Positions 43,397 to 53,988 are shown, counted from the stretch's first letter. The stretch: DNA of 64,000 nucleotides from an uncultured Pseudomonadota bacterium (GCA_963813165.1 CAWEYJ010000023.1:60361-124360); one strand, 5' to 3'. Numbers and translations: made by a program. The notes: generated from the sequence alone by a model not told the origin.

Positions 43397-44329
43397 ATGT
43401 CCCTCCGCTTGATCTTCATGGGTACGCCGGACTTCGCGGTGCCGACGCTGATGGAACTGGTGGCCCATGGCCATCAGATCGCGGCGGTCTATACCCGCGC
43501 GGCAAAGCCGGCCGGGCGCGGCATGAAGCTGCAACTGAGCCCGGTGGAGCAGGAGGCGCGGCGGCTCGGCATTCCGGTATTCACGCCCGCCACTCTGAAG
43601 ACGCCAGAGGCGCTACAGGAACTTGAAGCGCATCACGCGGATGCGGCGGTCGTCGTGGCCTATGGTATGATCCTGCCGCAGGCCATTCTCGACACCCCAA
43701 CGCTCGGCTGCTTCAATCTGCATGGGTCGCTGTTGCCGCGCTGGCGCGGTGCAGCGCCCATCAACCGCGCCATCATGGCAGGCGATGCCGAGACCGGCGT
43801 GATGGTGATGAAGATGGATGCCGGCCTCGACACCGGCGACGTGGCGATGGCCGAGCGCGTGGCGATTACAGATGCGATGACCGCGGCCGATCTGCACGAT
43901 GCACTGGCACCGCTCGGGGCCGATCTGATGGTGCGGGCGATGGGTGCGTTGGAACGCGGCAAGCTGCAGCTTACCAAGCAGAGCGATGCAGGCGTCACCT
44001 ACGCCGCCAAAATCGACAAGGCCGAGGCGCGGATCGACTGGGACAGGCCTGGGCGCGCCGTGCTGCGTCATATTCATGGCCTGTCGCCATTTCCGGGCGC
44101 GTGGTGTGAGATGCCGATCGACGGCGAGTCCGTGCGGGTCAAGATCCTGCGCTGTGAGATGACCGATGGTTCGGGGCCGGCCGGCGATCTGCTGGATGAT
44201 CGTCTGGCGGTCGCCTGCAGGCAAGGCGCGATCCGGATCCTCGAACTGCAGCGCGCCGGCAAGGCGCCGATGAAGGCGGAGGATTTTCTGCGCGGAACGC
44301 CGCTGAAACCTCCGATGCGGCTGCGCTGA
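43397..44329 (+). CDS. fmt: Methionyl-tRNA formyltransferase
   Basis: [22 protein letters not shown] and MDAGLDTG. Confidence 0.97.
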   Translation: MSLRLIFMGTPDFAVPTLMELVAHGHQIAAVYTRAAKPAGRGMKLQLSPVEQEARRLGIPVFTPATLKTPEALQELEAHHADAAVVVAYGMILPQAILDTPTLGCFNLHGSLLPRWRGAAPINRAIMAGDAETGVMVMKMDAGLDTGDVAMAERVAITDAMTAADLHDALAPLGADLMVRAMGALERGKLQLTKQSDAGVTYAAKIDKAEARIDWDRPGRAVLRHIHGLSPFPGAWCEMPIDGESVRVKILRCEMTDGSGPAGDLLDDRLAVACRQGAIRILELQRAGKAPMKAEDFLRGTPLKPPMRLR

Positions 44330-45066
44330 TGCCCCGCTACAAACTGACCATCGAATATGACGGTGCGCCGTTTTGCGGCTGGCAGCTCCAGGATAATGGC
44401 GCCTCCGTGCAGGGCGCGCTGGAAACCGCGATCAAGGCGATCTGCGGCGAGCAGGTTCGCGTCCATGGCGCCGGCCGCACCGATGCCGGCGTGCACGCGC
44501 TGGCGCAGGTCGCCCATTGCGATATTGCCAGGCATTTTGTGCCCGGACGATTTCGCGACGGCTTGAATGCGCATCTGCGGCCGCATCCGATCGGCGTGCT
44601 GTCGGCGGAGATCGTGCCCGATACCTTCGAGGCGCGGTTCTCCGCGAAGAAGCGGCATTATCTTTATCGCATCAGCAATCGCCGCGCCAATCTGGCGCTC
44701 GAGATCGGTCACGTCTGGCGGCTGCCGAGACCGCTCGATACCGACGCGATGCATGAGGCCGCGCAGCGGCTGGTCGGCAAGCACGATTTCACCACGTTTC
44801 GCGACACCGAATGCCAGGCGAAGTCACCGGAGAAAACCCTCGACCAGCTCGACGTCGTCAGGGACGGCGACGCCGTCCATATCGTGACCTCGGCGCGCTC
44901 GTTTCTGCACAGCCAGGTCCGCTCGATGGTCGGCTCGCTGGTCTGGGTCGGCGAGGGCCGCTGGAGCGCCGACGATCTTGCGGCGGCACTGGCCGCGCGC
45001 AACCGCGCCGCCTGCGGTCCGGTCGCGCCGCCGGATGGGCTGTATCTGGTGCGGGTGGATTATTGA
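44329..45066 (+). CDS. truA: tRNA pseudouridine(38-40) synthase
   Basis: [11 protein letters not shown] and [12 protein letters not shown]. Confidence 0.97.
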   Translation: MPRYKLTIEYDGAPFCGWQLQDNGASVQGALETAIKAICGEQVRVHGAGRTDAGVHALAQVAHCDIARHFVPGRFRDGLNAHLRPHPIGVLSAEIVPDTFEARFSAKKRHYLYRISNRRANLALEIGHVWRLPRPLDTDAMHEAAQRLVGKHDFTTFRDTECQAKSPEKTLDQLDVVRDGDAVHIVTSARSFLHSQVRSMVGSLVWVGEGRWSADDLAAALAARNRAACGPVAPPDGLYLVRVDY

Positions 45067-45073
45067 ATGTGAG

Positions 45074-45447
45074 CCGTCGTGGCCGGGCTTGTCCCGGCCA
45101 TCCACGTCCTTCATCTTTGGCCTATGTCAGGCGGCTATGTGTATATTCTGGCGAGCGCTCCCAACGGCATTTTGTACGTGGGAGTTACAAGCGACCTTAT
45201 TCGACGAGTCTACGAACACCGCAACGCACTCGTTCCAGGATTTACCAAGAGATATTCCATTAAACGCCTGGTTTACTTCGAATACCACGAAGAAATTCAA
45301 GCTGCGATCCAACGCGAACACAACATCAAGCATTGGTCGCGAAAATGGAAAGTGAGATTGATATTGGCCGGCAATCCCGAATGGAATGATCTATACGCTT
45401 CGATTATCTGAGAACGTGGATGGCCGGGACAAGCCCGGCCATGACGG
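45074..45447 (+). mobile_element. Candidate REP-flanked GIY-YIG element
   Basis: 34-bp inverted termini (33/34 identical) enclose only the nuclease gene; the termini match free family A doublets. Confidence 0.65.
45124..45411 (+). CDS. GIY-YIG nuclease family protein (95 aa)
   Basis: GYVYIL...LYVGVTSDLIRRVYEH...AIQREHNIKHWSRKWK; about 47% GC by hand count. Confidence 0.93.
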   Translation: MSGGYVYILASAPNGILYVGVTSDLIRRVYEHRNALVPGFTKRYSIKRLVYFEYHEEIQAAIQREHNIKHWSRKWKVRLILAGNPEWNDLYASII

Positions 45448-45464
45448 TGAGAAGAGTTGCTAGC

Positions 45465-46619
45465 TCAGCTGAAATAACGATCCAGCACACCGCGATAGAT
45501 TTTGGTCAGCTTTTCCAGATCGGAAACCGGCGCGCGTTCGTCGATCGCGTGCATGGTCTGGCCGACCAGCCCGAATTCGATCACCGGACAATAGCTGGCG
45601 ATAAAGCGCGCGTCCGAGGTGCCGCCCGAGGTGCTCAATTCCGGTTTGCGGCCGGTGACCTGCTCGATCGCCGCGACCGCCAGATCGGTGAAGGCGCCCG
45701 GCTTGGTGACAAACACATTGGCGTTGGAGGGCTCCCATACGATCCGCGCGCGAATCCGGTTGCCGGCGGCCTTCGTCATGCGCTGCTCGACCAGAGCGCG
45801 CAGCGTTTCCTGGGTGTGATGATCATTGAAGCGGATGTTGAATTTGGCGCGCGCCTGCCCCGGGATCACATTGCCGGCCTTGTTGCCGACATCGACCGAG
45901 GTGAATTCGAGGTTCGAGGCCTGGAACTGCGCGCTGCCGTGATCGAGCGGCTCGTTGCTGAGCGCCACGATCAGGCTGGCGATATCCGGCACCGGATTGG
46001 CCGCGCGATGCGGATAGGCGACGTGGCCCTGGATGCCATCGACGTAAAGCGTCCCCGACAGCGAGCCGCGGCGGCCGATCTTGATGCAATCGCCGAGTTC
46101 CTCGACATTGCTGGGCTCGCCGAGCACGCAATGGTCGAACTTCTCGCCGCGCGCCGCCACCCATTGCAGCAGTTTGATCGTGCCGTTGACGGCGATGTCT
46201 TCCTCGTCGCCGGTAATCAGGAACGAGATCGAGCCTTTCGGCTTGCCGCCATGGTCAGCGAGATATTCCAGCACCGCCGCGACGCTGCAGGCGATCCCGC
46301 CCTTCATGTCCACCGCGCCGCGCCCGTACAGAAAGCCGTCCTTGACGTCGCCCGAGAACGCGCCATGGCTCCATGCGGCCTCGTCGCCGGCCGGCACCAC
46401 GTCGGTATGTCCGGCAAAGGTGATATGCGGCGCCGTGTTGCCGATGCGGGCATAGAGGTTGTCGATATCGGCGGCGTCGGGTTCGGTGAAGGTGACGCGG
46501 TGCACCTCGAAGCCGGCACCCCTGAGGAGATTCTCCAGCACGGCGAGCGCGCCGGCATCCGCCGGGGTCACCGATGGGCAGCGGACGAGGTCACGGGCGA
46601 TGGAAAGGGCGTCGGTCAT
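45465..46619 (-). CDS. dapE: Succinyl-diaminopimelate desuccinylase
   Basis: [32 protein letters not shown] and HAIDE. Confidence 0.97.
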   Translation of the reverse strand: MTDALSIARDLVRCPSVTPADAGALAVLENLLRGAGFEVHRVTFTEPDAADIDNLYARIGNTAPHITFAGHTDVVPAGDEAAWSHGAFSGDVKDGFLYGRGAVDMKGGIACSVAAVLEYLADHGGKPKGSISFLITGDEEDIAVNGTIKLLQWVAARGEKFDHCVLGEPSNVEELGDCIKIGRRGSLSGTLYVDGIQGHVAYPHRAANPVPDIASLIVALSNEPLDHGSAQFQASNLEFTSVDVGNKAGNVIPGQARAKFNIRFNDHHTQETLRALVEQRMTKAAGNRIRARIVWEPSNANVFVTKPGAFTDLAVAAIEQVTGRKPELSTSGGTSDARFIASYCPVIEFGLVGQTMHAIDERAPVSDLEKLTKIYRGVLDRYFS

Positions 46620-46633
46620 CGCTTTGCCAGGCC

Positions 46634-47479
46634 TCAATCCCGCAGCAGTTCATTGATGCTGGTCTTGGCACGGGTGCGCTCGTCGACGCGCTTCATGATG
46701 ACCGCGCAGGCGGTGGAGGGACCCGGCTGACCGTTCTTCAGCGGCCGGCCCGGCAGCGCGCCCGGCACCACCACGGAATATTCCGGCACCTCGCCGATGA
46801 AGGTTTCGCCGCTGTCGCGGTCGATGATCTTGGTGGAGGCGCCAAGGAACACCCCCATCGCCAGCACCGCGCCCTTGCGCACGATCACGCCTTCGGCGAC
46901 CTCCGAGCGCGCGCCGATGAAGCAGTCGTCCTCGACGATGACGGGCTCGGCCTGCAGCGGCTCCAGCACGCCGCCGATGCCGACGCCGCCGGAAATATGC
47001 ACGCGCTTGCCGATCTGGGCGCAGGAGCCGACCGTCGACCAGGTATCGATCATGGTGCTTTCATCGACATAGGCGCCGAGATTGACGAAGGACGGCATCA
47101 AGACGACGTTCTTGGCGATGAAGGCCGAGCGGCGGACGATGGCGCCCGGCACAGCGCGAAAGCCGGCGTCGCGAAACCGGTTCTCGCCCCAGCCGTCGAA
47201 CTTGGACGGCACCTTGTCCCACCACGACGCTTTGCCGGGGCCGCCGGAAATCGCGCTCATGTCGTTAAGGCGAAACGACAGCAACACCGCCTTCTTCAGC
47301 CACTGATTGACTTTCCATTTGCCGCCGGCTTCACGCTCGGCAACGCGCGCCTCGCCCTTGTCGAGCAGCTCCAGCGCGTGATCGACCGCCTCGCGGACTT
47401 CGCCCTTGGTCGCGGTGGAAATGCCGTCGCGGGCATCGAACGCGGCGTTGACTGACAATTCGAGGGAAGCCAGAGACAT
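46634..47479 (-). CDS. dapD: Tetrahydrodipicolinate N-succinyltransferase
   Basis: [22 protein letters not shown] and GGVLEPLQA. Confidence 0.97.
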   Translation of the reverse strand: MSLASLELSVNAAFDARDGISTATKGEVREAVDHALELLDKGEARVAEREAGGKWKVNQWLKKAVLLSFRLNDMSAISGGPGKASWWDKVPSKFDGWGENRFRDAGFRAVPGAIVRRSAFIAKNVVLMPSFVNLGAYVDESTMIDTWSTVGSCAQIGKRVHISGGVGIGGVLEPLQAEPVIVEDDCFIGARSEVAEGVIVRKGAVLAMGVFLGASTKIIDRDSGETFIGEVPEYSVVVPGALPGRPLKNGQPGPSTACAVIMKRVDERTRAKTSINELLRD

Positions 47480-47560
47480 CGAGATTTCCTTGGGCGATAG
47501 TGGCGAGCGGACGAGGAGCTTTGTCGGGATTTGAGGGTAGAGAGTCAAGACGCGTTCGAC

Positions 47561-47584
47561 CGTCGTCCCGGCGCCGGGACGACG
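47561..47584. repeat. Perfect 24-bp palindrome bounded by CGTC and GACG
   Basis: CGTCGTCCCGGCGCCGGGACGACG. Confidence 0.8.
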
Positions 47585-47601
47585 AAACAGATTTACTTTG
47601 C

Positions 47602-48306
47602 CTAAGTCAGCCCCTGCAGAAACCCCGTCAGATCGTCGGTGACGTGATCGACATGGACGGCGTCGCGGCCTTCCAGCTCCCAATCCTCGCGCACGACTTC
47701 CTCGGTGCCGTCGGGCACCACCAGCACCGTCGTCATGCCGAGCTGGTGCGGCACCACGAGGTTGCGCGCCAGATCCTCGAACATCGCCGAGGTCAGGGGA
47801 TCGACGCCATGAAGCCCGAGGAATTTCTGATAGGTCTGCGGCGCCGGCTTCGGTTCAAGCTCGGCGGCGATGATGTCGAACACCGCCTCGAAATGCGACG
47901 CGATGCCGAGCCGCTGCAAGACCTTGTCGGCATGGTCGGTCGAACCGTTGGTCAGGATCAGCTTGCGTCCGGGCAGCCTGGCAATGGCAGCGCCCATCGC
48001 AGGATTTGGCTGCAGCGGCGAATGATCGATCTGGTGGACATAGGCGAGATAGTCGTCGGCACGCACGCCATGCTCGGTCATCATGCCGCGCATGGTGGTG
48101 CCATAGCGGAGGTAGTAGTCCTTCTGGATCCTTCTGGCTTCGTCCGCCGGGACCTTGAGGTAGGCGCTGACGAACTCACCGATCCGAGCATCGACCTGCT
48201 GCCACAGATTGACGTGATGCGGATACAGCGTGTTATCGAGATCGAATACCCAGGTGTTGACGTGGGTGAAGGAACGCCTTGGGTCCTTTTTCGATGCGGT
48301 TATCAT
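47602..48306 (-). CDS. Pyrimidine 5'-nucleotidase (HAD superfamily)
   Basis: [17 protein letters not shown] and MFEDLARNL. Confidence 0.92.
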   Translation of the reverse strand: MITASKKDPRRSFTHVNTWVFDLDNTLYPHHVNLWQQVDARIGEFVSAYLKVPADEARRIQKDYYLRYGTTMRGMMTEHGVRADDYLAYVHQIDHSPLQPNPAMGAAIARLPGRKLILTNGSTDHADKVLQRLGIASHFEAVFDIIAAELEPKPAPQTYQKFLGLHGVDPLTSAMFEDLARNLVVPHQLGMTTVLVVPDGTEEVVREDWELEGRDAVHVDHVTDDLTGFLQGLT

Positions 48307-48319
48307 GGCTCTTTCTTTA

Positions 48320-48423
48320 CCTCTGCCGTAGGGAGAGGTCGGCGCATCGCGCCGGGTGAGGGGTTACAGCGTAACGATAGGTCGCAGCCCCTCACCCCGA
48401 CCCTCTCCCAATGGGAGAGGGAG
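48320..48423. repeat. Family B palindromic doublet (intergenic)
   Basis: CCTCTGCCGTAGGGAGAGG...GGTGAGGGG ... CCCCTCACC-CCGA-CCCTCTCCCAATGGGAGAGGG. Confidence 0.82.
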
Positions 48424-48475
48424 CGTGCAGTACCTCTGTGAGGTGTTCCGCTTGATATCTGACTTAAGATAATCA

Positions 48476-49501
48476 TCACGGCATCGCAAAGCGCAGCGTC
48501 TTGCCGCCGCTCGACATGTCGACGGCGGCAAAGCCGGTGGCGGCGAGGCCGCGGGTGCCGCAATCGCCCTGCTCATTGATCTCGAACTTGCTTTCGCGGG
48601 TGCAAAGCTGGGTGGCGCCGCCCCAGTTCAGCGGCTTGTCCTTGAACTTGATGGCGCGGTTGTCGGCGTCGACCGCCTCGGCGAAACTGAAAATCTGCCT
48701 GGGCTGGCCGACAACATCGGGATGCAGGCATTTACCGGGTTCGATCCGGTACCAGCCGCGGCTGATCACGGTCTTGCCGTCGTCGGTGCCGACGGCGGCC
48801 ATGATCTTGTGCGGCGTGTCGTTGCACCAGGTCAGCCCGGCGGAAGACGGCGATTGAACCGCGTCGATCATGGTCGCAAAAAAATTCGGCGCCTGCACGA
48901 TGTCGGGCGTCAGCCCACGGCTTTTCAGGAACGCCGCCAATGCGGTTTGCGTTTTCGGACCATCGACGCCATCGATCGGCGCCGCGTCGTATCCTGCGAT
49001 CACCAGCAGCCGCTGAATGGCGGCGAGCCTCGCCTGATCGTCGTCATATTCGCTGTCTTCGGCAAGATAGGCCACCAGATTGCCGTCTTCGGTCGAGGTC
49101 GGGGTGATCTGGGTAAATGGCGCCGGGGTCTGGCCGCTGCGGCACTGCCGCGCCGCCGCGATCACGAAATTGTCGGGCGCGATGCAAAGCGTGTCGCCGC
49201 CATTCTGCGGGATCGGCGACGCGCCGTAGACGCCGAGCGCGCGGGCGTTGAGCAGGATACGGTCCGCGGTCAGCGTGCCCTGGACGACGACGCGGCACGC
49301 CGCCGGATCGATGCGAAACCATCCGCGCGTCGCGGTGGTGGCCTTGTCGTCGATGCCGATCGCGGCCTCGACCACATAACTCATGCGATTGCAGAGTTTC
49401 AAGTCCGCATGGGCATTGCCAGCCGACATCGCCAGGACCAGTGCAACCGCAAGATATCGCCACCTGCGAATGCCGGGCCTTCCGTTGTCGTCTGGCGTCA
49501 T
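48476..49501 (-). CDS. DUF1036-domain exported protein with a peptidoglycan-binding-like segment
   Basis: Two CN...RGW..I.PxxC repeats and IDGVDGPKT; ATG overlaps the argB stop. Confidence 0.8.
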   Translation of the reverse strand: MTPDDNGRPGIRRWRYLAVALVLAMSAGNAHADLKLCNRMSYVVEAAIGIDDKATTATRGWFRIDPAACRVVVQGTLTADRILLNARALGVYGASPIPQNGGDTLCIAPDNFVIAAARQCRSGQTPAPFTQITPTSTEDGNLVAYLAEDSEYDDDQARLAAIQRLLVIAGYDAAPIDGVDGPKTQTALAAFLKSRGLTPDIVQAPNFFATMIDAVQSPSSAGLTWCNDTPHKIMAAVGTDDGKTVISRGWYRIEPGKCLHPDVVGQPRQIFSFAEAVDADNRAIKFKDKPLNWGGATQLCTRESKFEINEQGDCGTRGLAATGFAAVDMSSGGKTLRFAMP

Positions 49502-50397
49502 CACTTGTGGATCAGCGTGCCGGTGCCTTGATCGGTGAACAGTTCGAGCAAGACCGCGTGCGGCGTCTTGCCGTCGATGATGACCACGCCCTGGACGCCC
49601 TGCTCGAGCGAGTAGATGCAGGTTTCGACCTTCGGGATCATGCCGCCGGAAATGGTGCCGTCCGCAATCAGCTTGCGCGCATCGGTCACCGACAGTTCCG
49701 GAATCAGCTTCTTCGACTTGTCGAGCACGCCGGGAACGTCGGTCAGCAGCAACAGCCGCTTGGCTTTCAGCGCGCCCGCCACCGCGCCGGCAAAGGTGTC
49801 GGCGTTGACATTGAAGGTCTGTCCGGTTCGCGAGGTCGCCAGCGGCGCCAGCACCGGGATCAAGTCGTGGCCGATCAACTGGTTCAGCAGCGTGAGGTCG
49901 ACCTTTTCCGGCTCGCCGACGAAACCGAGATCGACCACCTTTTCGATGTGGGAACCCGGATCGACCATCGTGCGCGTCACCTTCGACGCCGTCACCATGT
50001 TGCCGTCCTTGCCGCACAGGCCGACGGCCTTGCCGCCGGCCTCGTTCATGTAGCCGACCAGCGTCTTGTTGATCGAACCCGCCAGCACCATCTCGACGAT
50101 CTCGATGGTCGCGGCATCGGTAATGCGCAAGCCCGCGGCGAATTCCGAATGGATCCCGAGCCGCTGCAGCATCTGCGCGATCTGCGGCCCGCCGCCATGC
50201 ACCACGACCGGGTTGATCGCGGTCTGCTCCAAAAGAACGATGTCGCGGGCGAACGCCTTGGCGACGTCTTCCGCGCCCATGGCATGGCCGCCATATTTGA
50301 TGACGATGGTTTCCTCGTCATACTGCTGCATGTGCGGCAGCGCCTCGGACAGGATGCGGGCCTGATCGAGCGGACTGATGTATGGCGCGTCGGTCAT
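49501..50397 (-). CDS. argB: Acetylglutamate kinase
   Basis: [21 protein letters not shown] and GGMIPKV. Confidence 0.97.
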   Translation of the reverse strand: MTDAPYISPLDQARILSEALPHMQQYDEETIVIKYGGHAMGAEDVAKAFARDIVLLEQTAINPVVVHGGGPQIAQMLQRLGIHSEFAAGLRITDAATIEIVEMVLAGSINKTLVGYMNEAGGKAVGLCGKDGNMVTASKVTRTMVDPGSHIEKVVDLGFVGEPEKVDLTLLNQLIGHDLIPVLAPLATSRTGQTFNVNADTFAGAVAGALKAKRLLLLTDVPGVLDKSKKLIPELSVTDARKLIADGTISGGMIPKVETCIYSLEQGVQGVVIIDGKTPHAVLLELFTDQGTGTLIHK

Positions 50398-50476
50398 GAA
50401 GCGGGTCTCGTCATCGAAAGGGTGGGCGGTTTCTATCCGATTGGCGGGCGCGGCGCAAAGTGCGGCTGTCGACGGC

Positions 50477-50854
50477 CTAACTCCGTTGCGGCCACGCCGC
50501 CGCCACCGCTAGCACAACCCAGCTTGCGATCAACAGCGTTCCGCCGGTCGGCGCGGCCAGCGGAAACAGGCCATGGCCGGCATATTGCCGCAGCGTCAGA
50601 TCGCCGGCGAACAGCGCCGCGGCGACGACGAAGCCCCATGCTGCTGCGATCCCGATTGCTTGATGAATGACGCCGCGTTCGGCCAGCGCGACCGCCGCGA
50701 GCACGGCGGTCGCGTGAAACAACAGCATCGAGGACGCCACGCCGAGCCGCGCGGCGTCGGGTTGATGCGCCGCCACTGCCGCCAGGATGACGCCGTCCGC
50801 GCCCATGACGCCGGCCAATATGACCAGAATGCGAAACATCCGGGTCCTCATCAT
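50477..50854 (-). CDS. DUF423-family small membrane protein
   Basis: Four TM segments, FHA motif and APTGG...LIASW. Confidence 0.82.
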   Translation of the reverse strand: MMRTRMFRILVILAGVMGADGVILAAVAAHQPDAARLGVASSMLLFHATAVLAAVALAERGVIHQAIGIAAAWGFVVAAALFAGDLTLRQYAGHGLFPLAAPTGGTLLIASWVVLAVAAAWPQRS

Positions 50855-51504
50855 CGGCTGCGCTCGGCGAGCAGGCGCACCATGGCGGCGCGCAATTCCG
50901 GCATCCCGGCGCCGGTACGCGAGGATGTCACCAAAACGTCAGGAAAGGCGGCGGGATGTTTGGCCAGCGCCGCCACCGTCTCGGCGGTGCGCTGCTCCAG
51001 TTCTGCAGGTTTCACCTGGTCGGCCTTGGTGAGCACGACCTGGTAGCTCACGGCTGATTTGTCGAGCGTCTTGAGCACATCGAGATCGACCTCCTTGAGG
51101 CCATGCCTTGCATCGATCAGCACATAGACCCGCGCCAGGCTGCTGCGGCCCTGCAGGAAGGTATGGATCAGCGCGGTCCAGGACGCGACCTTGGCCTTTG
51201 GCGCGGAGGCGTAACCATAACCGGGCATGTCGACCAGCCGGAGACCGGCATTGTCCGGGCCTTCGAAGAAGATCAGTTCCTGGGTGCGGCCCGGCGTATG
51301 GGAGGTTCGCGCCAGCGCGTTGCGGCCGGTCAGCGCATTGATCAGGCTCGATTTGCCGACATTGGAGCGGCCCGCGAATGCGACCTCCATGCCGGCCATC
51401 GGCGGCAGGGTTTCGATCGAGGGCGAGGCCCAGAAGAACTGCCAGTCGCCGGCAAACAGCTTGCGGCCCTGCTCGATCAGCTTCGCATCGTCATCGGCGC
51501 TCAT
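50851..51504 (-). CDS. engB: Ribosome biogenesis GTPase EngB/YihA
   Basis: AGRSNVGKSS, DMPGYG and TKAD. Confidence 0.96.
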   Translation of the reverse strand: MSADDDAKLIEQGRKLFAGDWQFFWASPSIETLPPMAGMEVAFAGRSNVGKSSLINALTGRNALARTSHTPGRTQELIFFEGPDNAGLRLVDMPGYGYASAPKAKVASWTALIHTFLQGRSSLARVYVLIDARHGLKEVDLDVLKTLDKSAVSYQVVLTKADQVKPAELEQRTAETVAALAKHPAAFPDVLVTSSRTGAGMPELRAAMVRLLAERSR

Positions 51505-51520
51505 GCGAAGGTCCAATCAT

Positions 51521-51645
51521 CGTCATGGCCGGGCATAGCCGTCGAAGGACGGCGTCGCTTCCGCTCGCCTATGCCCGGCTATCCACGTCTTCTGCGTCAT
51601 CAAGGCCGTAAGACGTGGATGCCCGGGACAGGCCCGGGCACGACG
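51521..51645. repeat. Family A REP doublet with a branched left arm
   Basis: CGTCATGGCCGGGCATAG[insert]CTATGCCCGGCTATCCACGTCTT ... AAGACGTGGATGCCCGGGACAGGCCCGGGCACGACG. Confidence 0.9.
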
Positions 51646-51680
51646 GTTGGAGATTCTTACGTCCTGCACCAAGTGCAGTC

Positions 51681-53546
51681 TCAGGTCTTCAACTCGGCCT
51701 TCTTCCAGGTGAACGTCGCCTTGAGGTTATCGAGTAATTCGACCTTCACGCCGTTGCGGCGCATGATGAAGCTCTGCTGCAGCACCGACAGCGTATTGTT
51801 CCAGGCCCAGTAGATCACCAGACCCGCCGGGAAGCCGGCCAGCATGAAGGTGAAAATCAGCGGCATCCAGGCGAAGATCATCTGCTGGGTCGGATCCGGC
51901 GGCGTCGGATTGAGCTTCATCTGGAACCACATCGTGATGCCCATGATGATCGGCCAGACGCCGAGCGCCAGATAGTGCCCGAACAGCGGCAACTGGGTCG
52001 GATCGAAGTGAAGCAGCCCGAACAGGGTGAACAAATTGGTCGGATCCGGCGACGACAGATCCTTGATCCAGCCGAAGAACGGCGCGTGCCGCATTTCGAT
52101 GGTGACGAACAGCACCTTGTAGAGCGAGAAGAACACCGGAATCTGCAAGGCGACGGGAAGACAACCGGCGATCGGGTTGATCTTCTCCTTCTTGTAGATT
52201 TCCATCATCTCCTGCTGCTGCTTCACCTTGTCGTCGGGGTAGCGTTCCTTCAGCGCGGCCAGTTGCGGCTGCACCGATTTCATCTTCGCCATCGATGCGT
52301 AGGATTTGTTGGCAAGCGGGAAGAACAGCAGTTTCACCAGCACCGTGACCAGCAGGATGGCGACGCCGAAATTGCCGACCAGGTGATAGAAGAAGTCCAG
52401 CGCCAGGAACATCGGCTTGGTGATGAAGTAGAACCAGCCCCAGTCGATCAGAAGATCGAAGTGATTGAGCCCGAGCTCCTTGTTGTAGCCGCCGAATCCG
52501 CCGATCGGAAAATTGAGGCCGACCACGCTGGCTTCCTTGGCGCCGGCGAACAGCCGCGCATTGGCGCTGCCGGTGCCGCCGATCGCGATGGTCTGCGGAT
52601 CCTGCAAGTAGTCGGTCTGGTAGGTCCTGACGGTGCCGACAAGATTGGACGAGAACCGCGCATGCAGCTCTGCGGTGGTGTCCGGCAACAGCGCCGACGC
52701 CCAGTATTTGTCGGTGATGCCGAGCCAGCCGTTGGTGACCTTGAAGTTGACCGCCTTGGCTTCGTCGATCTTCTTGTAAGCATATTCCTGCAGGCCCTGG
52801 TCGCCGAGATAGCCGATCAGACCTTCATGCAGGATGTAGTAGCCCGAGACTTTCGGAGTACCGTGCCGCGAGATCAGTGCGAACGGATAGAGAGTGACCG
52901 GCGCGTTGCCGACATTGGTGACCTCATCCCTGATAGTGAAGAGGTAGCGGTCGTCGATCGAAATGGTGCGGTGGAAGGTGAGGCCGTCGCCATTGTCGTA
53001 TTTCAGCTTGACCGGGCTGGTCGAGGTCAGGCTGCCCGAGCCCTCCTGCTGCCACACCGTGTTCTGGTCGGGAATCTTCACCGCCGAACCGCTGGCTGCG
53101 ACCCATCCGAATTCCGCATAATAAGGGCTAGCCGTGCCCGAGGGCGAGAACAGCACGATCGCCGGCGAAAGCGGATCGACGGTGTCACGGAATTGCACCA
53201 GCGACAGATCGTCGATGCGCGCGCCTTTCAGCGAGATGCTGCCGCTGACGCGCGGCGTGTCGATCTTGACGCGCGGCACCGAGGCAATGGCGGTATCGCG
53301 GTCGACGGCGGGCACCGTGGAGACGGGTTGATTGGTCGCGGGGGCGTTGGCCGACGGCGTCGGCGCCACCCCGGCCGCCGGGGCGTTCGTGCCATCGGCC
53401 TGCGGCGCGGGCTTCGCCATTTCGCTTTGGGCCTGCTGCGCGGCGCGCTGCTTTTCCATTTGCGGCAGGTTGAAGAAATATTGCCAGCCGAGCAGCACGA
53501 GGCCGGACAGAATGACGGCGAGGATGGTATTGCGATTTTCGATCAT
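51681..53546 (-). CDS. yidC: Membrane protein insertase YidC
   Basis: LIDWGWF, NFGVAI, GCLP, APFFGWIKDLS and LVIYWAWNN. Confidence 0.97.
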   Translation of the reverse strand: MIENRNTILAVILSGLVLLGWQYFFNLPQMEKQRAAQQAQSEMAKPAPQADGTNAPAAGVAPTPSANAPATNQPVSTVPAVDRDTAIASVPRVKIDTPRVSGSISLKGARIDDLSLVQFRDTVDPLSPAIVLFSPSGTASPYYAEFGWVAASGSAVKIPDQNTVWQQEGSGSLTSTSPVKLKYDNGDGLTFHRTISIDDRYLFTIRDEVTNVGNAPVTLYPFALISRHGTPKVSGYYILHEGLIGYLGDQGLQEYAYKKIDEAKAVNFKVTNGWLGITDKYWASALLPDTTAELHARFSSNLVGTVRTYQTDYLQDPQTIAIGGTGSANARLFAGAKEASVVGLNFPIGGFGGYNKELGLNHFDLLIDWGWFYFITKPMFLALDFFYHLVGNFGVAILLVTVLVKLLFFPLANKSYASMAKMKSVQPQLAALKERYPDDKVKQQQEMMEIYKKEKINPIAGCLPVALQIPVFFSLYKVLFVTIEMRHAPFFGWIKDLSSPDPTNLFTLFGLLHFDPTQLPLFGHYLALGVWPIIMGITMWFQMKLNPTPPDPTQQMIFAWMPLIFTFMLAGFPAGLVIYWAWNNTLSVLQQSFIMRRNGVKVELLDNLKATFTWKKAELKT

Positions 53547-53559
53547 CGTTCAGGTCTCG

Positions 53560-53988
53560 TCATTCAATTCGGTTGGCGGCTGGCGCCAGTGTCTGTTTTG
53601 GCGCGTTCTCTTGACGCGAACCGGTGTTCACTTCGCTCGAAAACGCTTTAGACGGTATCGGCGCCTGCCGGTCGAGGCGATGGAGCGCCGCGCGGAGATC
53701 GTCGAGCATGGTCGCAAAGTCGCGGTTCAGTGCCGTACGACGGCCGACTAGCACATAATCACTGTGCGGTCGCATGGATATGACATCCAGCCGCTTCACC
53801 AGTTCGCGAAGCCTGCGCCGGATGCGATTGCGCTCGGTGGCGGTTCCGTTCTTCCTGGTCACGGTGAAGCCGACGCGGATCGGGCCGCCATCGTCGCGGC
53901 GGCGGCTTTGCACCACAAAGGCAGCACTGTTGACCCGCGCGCCATTGGCAACGGCGAGGAAGTCCGCCCGCTGCCTTAGCCGATCCAT
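53560..53988 (-). CDS. rnpA: Ribonuclease P protein component with C-terminal extension
   Basis: RVGFTVTRK and ERNRIRRRLRE; follows rpmH. Confidence 0.95.
   Translation of the reverse strand: MDRLRQRADFLAVANGARVNSAAFVVQSRRRDDGGPIRVGFTVTRKNGTATERNRIRRRLRELVKRLDVISMRPHSDYVLVGRRTALNRDFATMLDDLRAALHRLDRQAPIPSKAFSSEVNTGSRQENAPKQTLAPAANRIE
53594..53651 (-). repeat. Family C miniature repeat translated as part of the RnpA tail
   Basis: CTAAAGCGTTTTCGAGCGAAGTGAACACCGGTTCGCGTCAAGAGAACGCGCCAAAACA has internal inverted repeats; single copy in the window, family recalled from memory. Confidence 0.65.

Noticed and set aside
45079-45123. N-terminal extension of the GIY-YIG ORF from the GTG at 45079
   Set aside because: It is a translation of the REP arm; the domain starts right after the ATG at 45124
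53547-53559. Absence of yidD between rnpA and yidC
   Set aside because: A common arrangement in alphaproteobacteria, so not informative
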